DNA from: Oculina patagonica
Taxonomy: Eukaryota
Direction of reading: 5' to 3'
Assembly (NCBI RefSeq): GCF_052425735.1
Contig: NC_135760.1
Coordinates: 29,512,001 to 29,576,000, forward strand
Length of the DNA: 64,000 nt
Part shown: in pieces, positions 62,701-64,000 of the stretch
Position numbering within the stretch: position 1 is the first letter of the stretch
How the letters are laid out: each line of letters begins with the position of its first letter
Position numbers and translations under genes: made by a program
The notes under the pieces: generated by a model
Seen by the model: the letters and a program-made list of their open reading frames with translations, nothing else
Databases searched by the model: none
What the model was told of the DNA's origin: nothing

Positions 62701-63703
62701 TTCCCCCCCTACCCCCATTATTTCTGGGTAATTATTTTTTTAAGCCCACTTTAGACACTTTCGAATTTTATCAAAGTGAAAAAAGGAAAATATTGTATAT
62801 AAAGTGCGCTGAGGTGGAGTTGAACGGAAACGAATTCAGTAATTTCCCTTTTGCTCAAGTTTTCAAGTCTTACCTACAGGACCTCCTGTGACATTTGCTA
62901 TGGATGTTTCCCCGTTACGGATTCTCCCGCCAGCGGGTTTCATCCGGGTACCTAGCGGTAGTTTTAGCGCGGTCCTGGTGTTGGATGAACCAGCTGAGAA
63001 CACTGTGGACATCACATGTTCACTGGATGCTGTACCGAGTGTGGCTCAGTCGCACAATACCTCTGAACTGTGCTTCAATTCTCCAAAAGACAAAGTAACA
63101 TTCACTAATAGTTCTGTGGAGATAAAGCTCAACAAGAAAGATATTCAGTTCCAGGTAAGGTGTCCTTAGATTAAAAATACAAAACATTTTACGTGCTTAC
63201 CAGTTAAGTAGACAGTTCCCTTATGAACTATTTTCCACTCCCCACTACCAGAAAGGAGAAAACCTCTATTGTCCAACGTGTACTGTGATTGGTCCATTTA
63301 AAATTTATTACTGACCCTCTTTAAATTCTATTGTTTTCTCTCTGCAATACTCAGCTGCCTGCAATATACCTAATTATGCTGTGAGCCTCAGTAATTATCT
63401 GTTAAATAGTCTCTTAGCGGAATATGTGTCTTCGCAGGCGCACTCGAGATAACGGTGAAAACAGGTTGCTATTTCGGGCTATCGAATTGAAATTTTGTTT
63501 CGCTCTTCAGAAGGACGAGTTATTCACCACTATAACCTTGACACTGAGTGGAAGTCCTGCAGGGCGCACAGAGAGCCTGGTGCGAGTCACGTGTTGCGGT
63601 CAGGATACAGGGCTGAGCCTTCGATACGCCAACGAGACAGCGGTGGCGTTCACATGGGTTGAACTTCGGAAGCTGCAAGCTGTAGACTGGGGCAGTATAA
63701 CAA
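52133..63703 (+). CDS. 5' part of a large secreted or membrane protein with beta-sandwich-like repeats; exons 52133-52205, 52412-52524, 53772-53878, 56503-56601, 56873-56971, 58195-58250, 59328-59395, 60236-60530, 62880-63154, 63511-63703; continues past the window
   Basis: Signal peptide MMKNIPFFVALAFVSQYFLCPADG; ten phase-consistent exons; Val/Thr/Ser-rich strands with spaced Cys; furin-like RKRRKRS; the window ends at a pyrimidine tract plus CAG acceptor. Confidence 0.75.
52633..53037. mobile_element. Harbinger-type MITE
   Basis: TGA|GGCCATCCCAATAAAATGTTTCGTTTCCCAT...ATGGGAAACGAAACATTTTATTGGGATGGCC|TGA. Confidence 0.85.
53990..54937 (+). mobile_element. Degenerate L2/CR1-clade LINE 3' fragment
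   Basis: LLVNALVISRLDYCNSILYGLP...LHWLPV; (TTA)n tail. Confidence 0.85.
55465..56045 (+). mobile_element. Degenerate L2/CR1-clade LINE 3' fragment
   Basis: LQHVQNAAARL...LHWLPV...YGARSFSIAAPTL; (TTA)n tail. Confidence 0.85.
57089..57304. mobile_element. MITE, inverted copy of the 6115-6332 family
   Basis: Full-length reverse-complement similarity to 6115-6332. Confidence 0.75.
57870..58010 (-). mobile_element. tRNA-derived SINE fragment
   Basis: Minus strand reads tagctcagttggtagagcatcgcacc...cgcagaggtcacgggttcaaatcccgttgaggcc (A and B boxes), then a SINE body ending gcgaggatcatttcttc. Confidence 0.75.
59716..59773. repeat. (AATC)n microsatellite
   Basis: Direct observation. Confidence 0.95.
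62305..62470. repeat. Low-complexity GTGAGGT / cagggtatgg tandem expansion
   Basis: Bounded by duplicated gatttggtctgtatcagggtatggtttgtg. Confidence 0.7.
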
Positions 63704-64000
63704 GTAAGTACATTCCTGTGATACTGCTTCTCGCTTCATGTCATCAGAAACTGCGGTAAGTAAGCTACGACTGGGCTGGCCGTTTTGCTCGTCCTACTTA
63801 CGCAGCACTCATATATTTGCGAGGCTTGAGAAAAAGCGTGCTTCGGGGAACACTGCTCGCTAACCATAATTTACTGTAATAAAGCACAGTCTGTCATCAG
63901 TCATCAGTCATCTGTCATCAGTCTGTCATCAGTCTGTTAAGCACTCCCTCCTCCCTTCTATACACCTTTCTTCTCTTTCCCTCCCCCCTTCCGTTTCCAG

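Overview
AT-rich, intron-containing animal genomic DNA. The MITE families, tRNA-derived SINE, (TTA)n-tailed LINE fragments and Ngaro element suggest a cnidarian such as a stony coral; this is inference. Host genes: the 3' end of NAA25 (+), TIMM10 (-), an uncharacterised single-exon ORF (-), a CHST-type carbohydrate sulfotransferase (+), a 9-exon RFXANK/ANKRA2-family ankyrin gene (-), a head-to-head pair of paralogous secreted proteins sharing a ~40-aa domain I do not recognise, a 3-exon 152-aa orphan (-), and the 5' part of a large secreted or membrane protein gene (+). The main structure is a nest inside RFXANK intron 4. A full-length Ngaro-type tyrosine-recombinase retrotransposon (split direct repeats A1...B1-A2-B2) has its RNase H split by a 6.4-kb TIR element of CACTA/EnSpm-like architecture. 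That element has no recognisable transposase but carries a spliced BEN-domain gene, which itself holds a MITE in an intron. Two T-free, GC-rich tracts in the element may be sequencing artefacts. All exon models were hand-spliced and no database searches were run.
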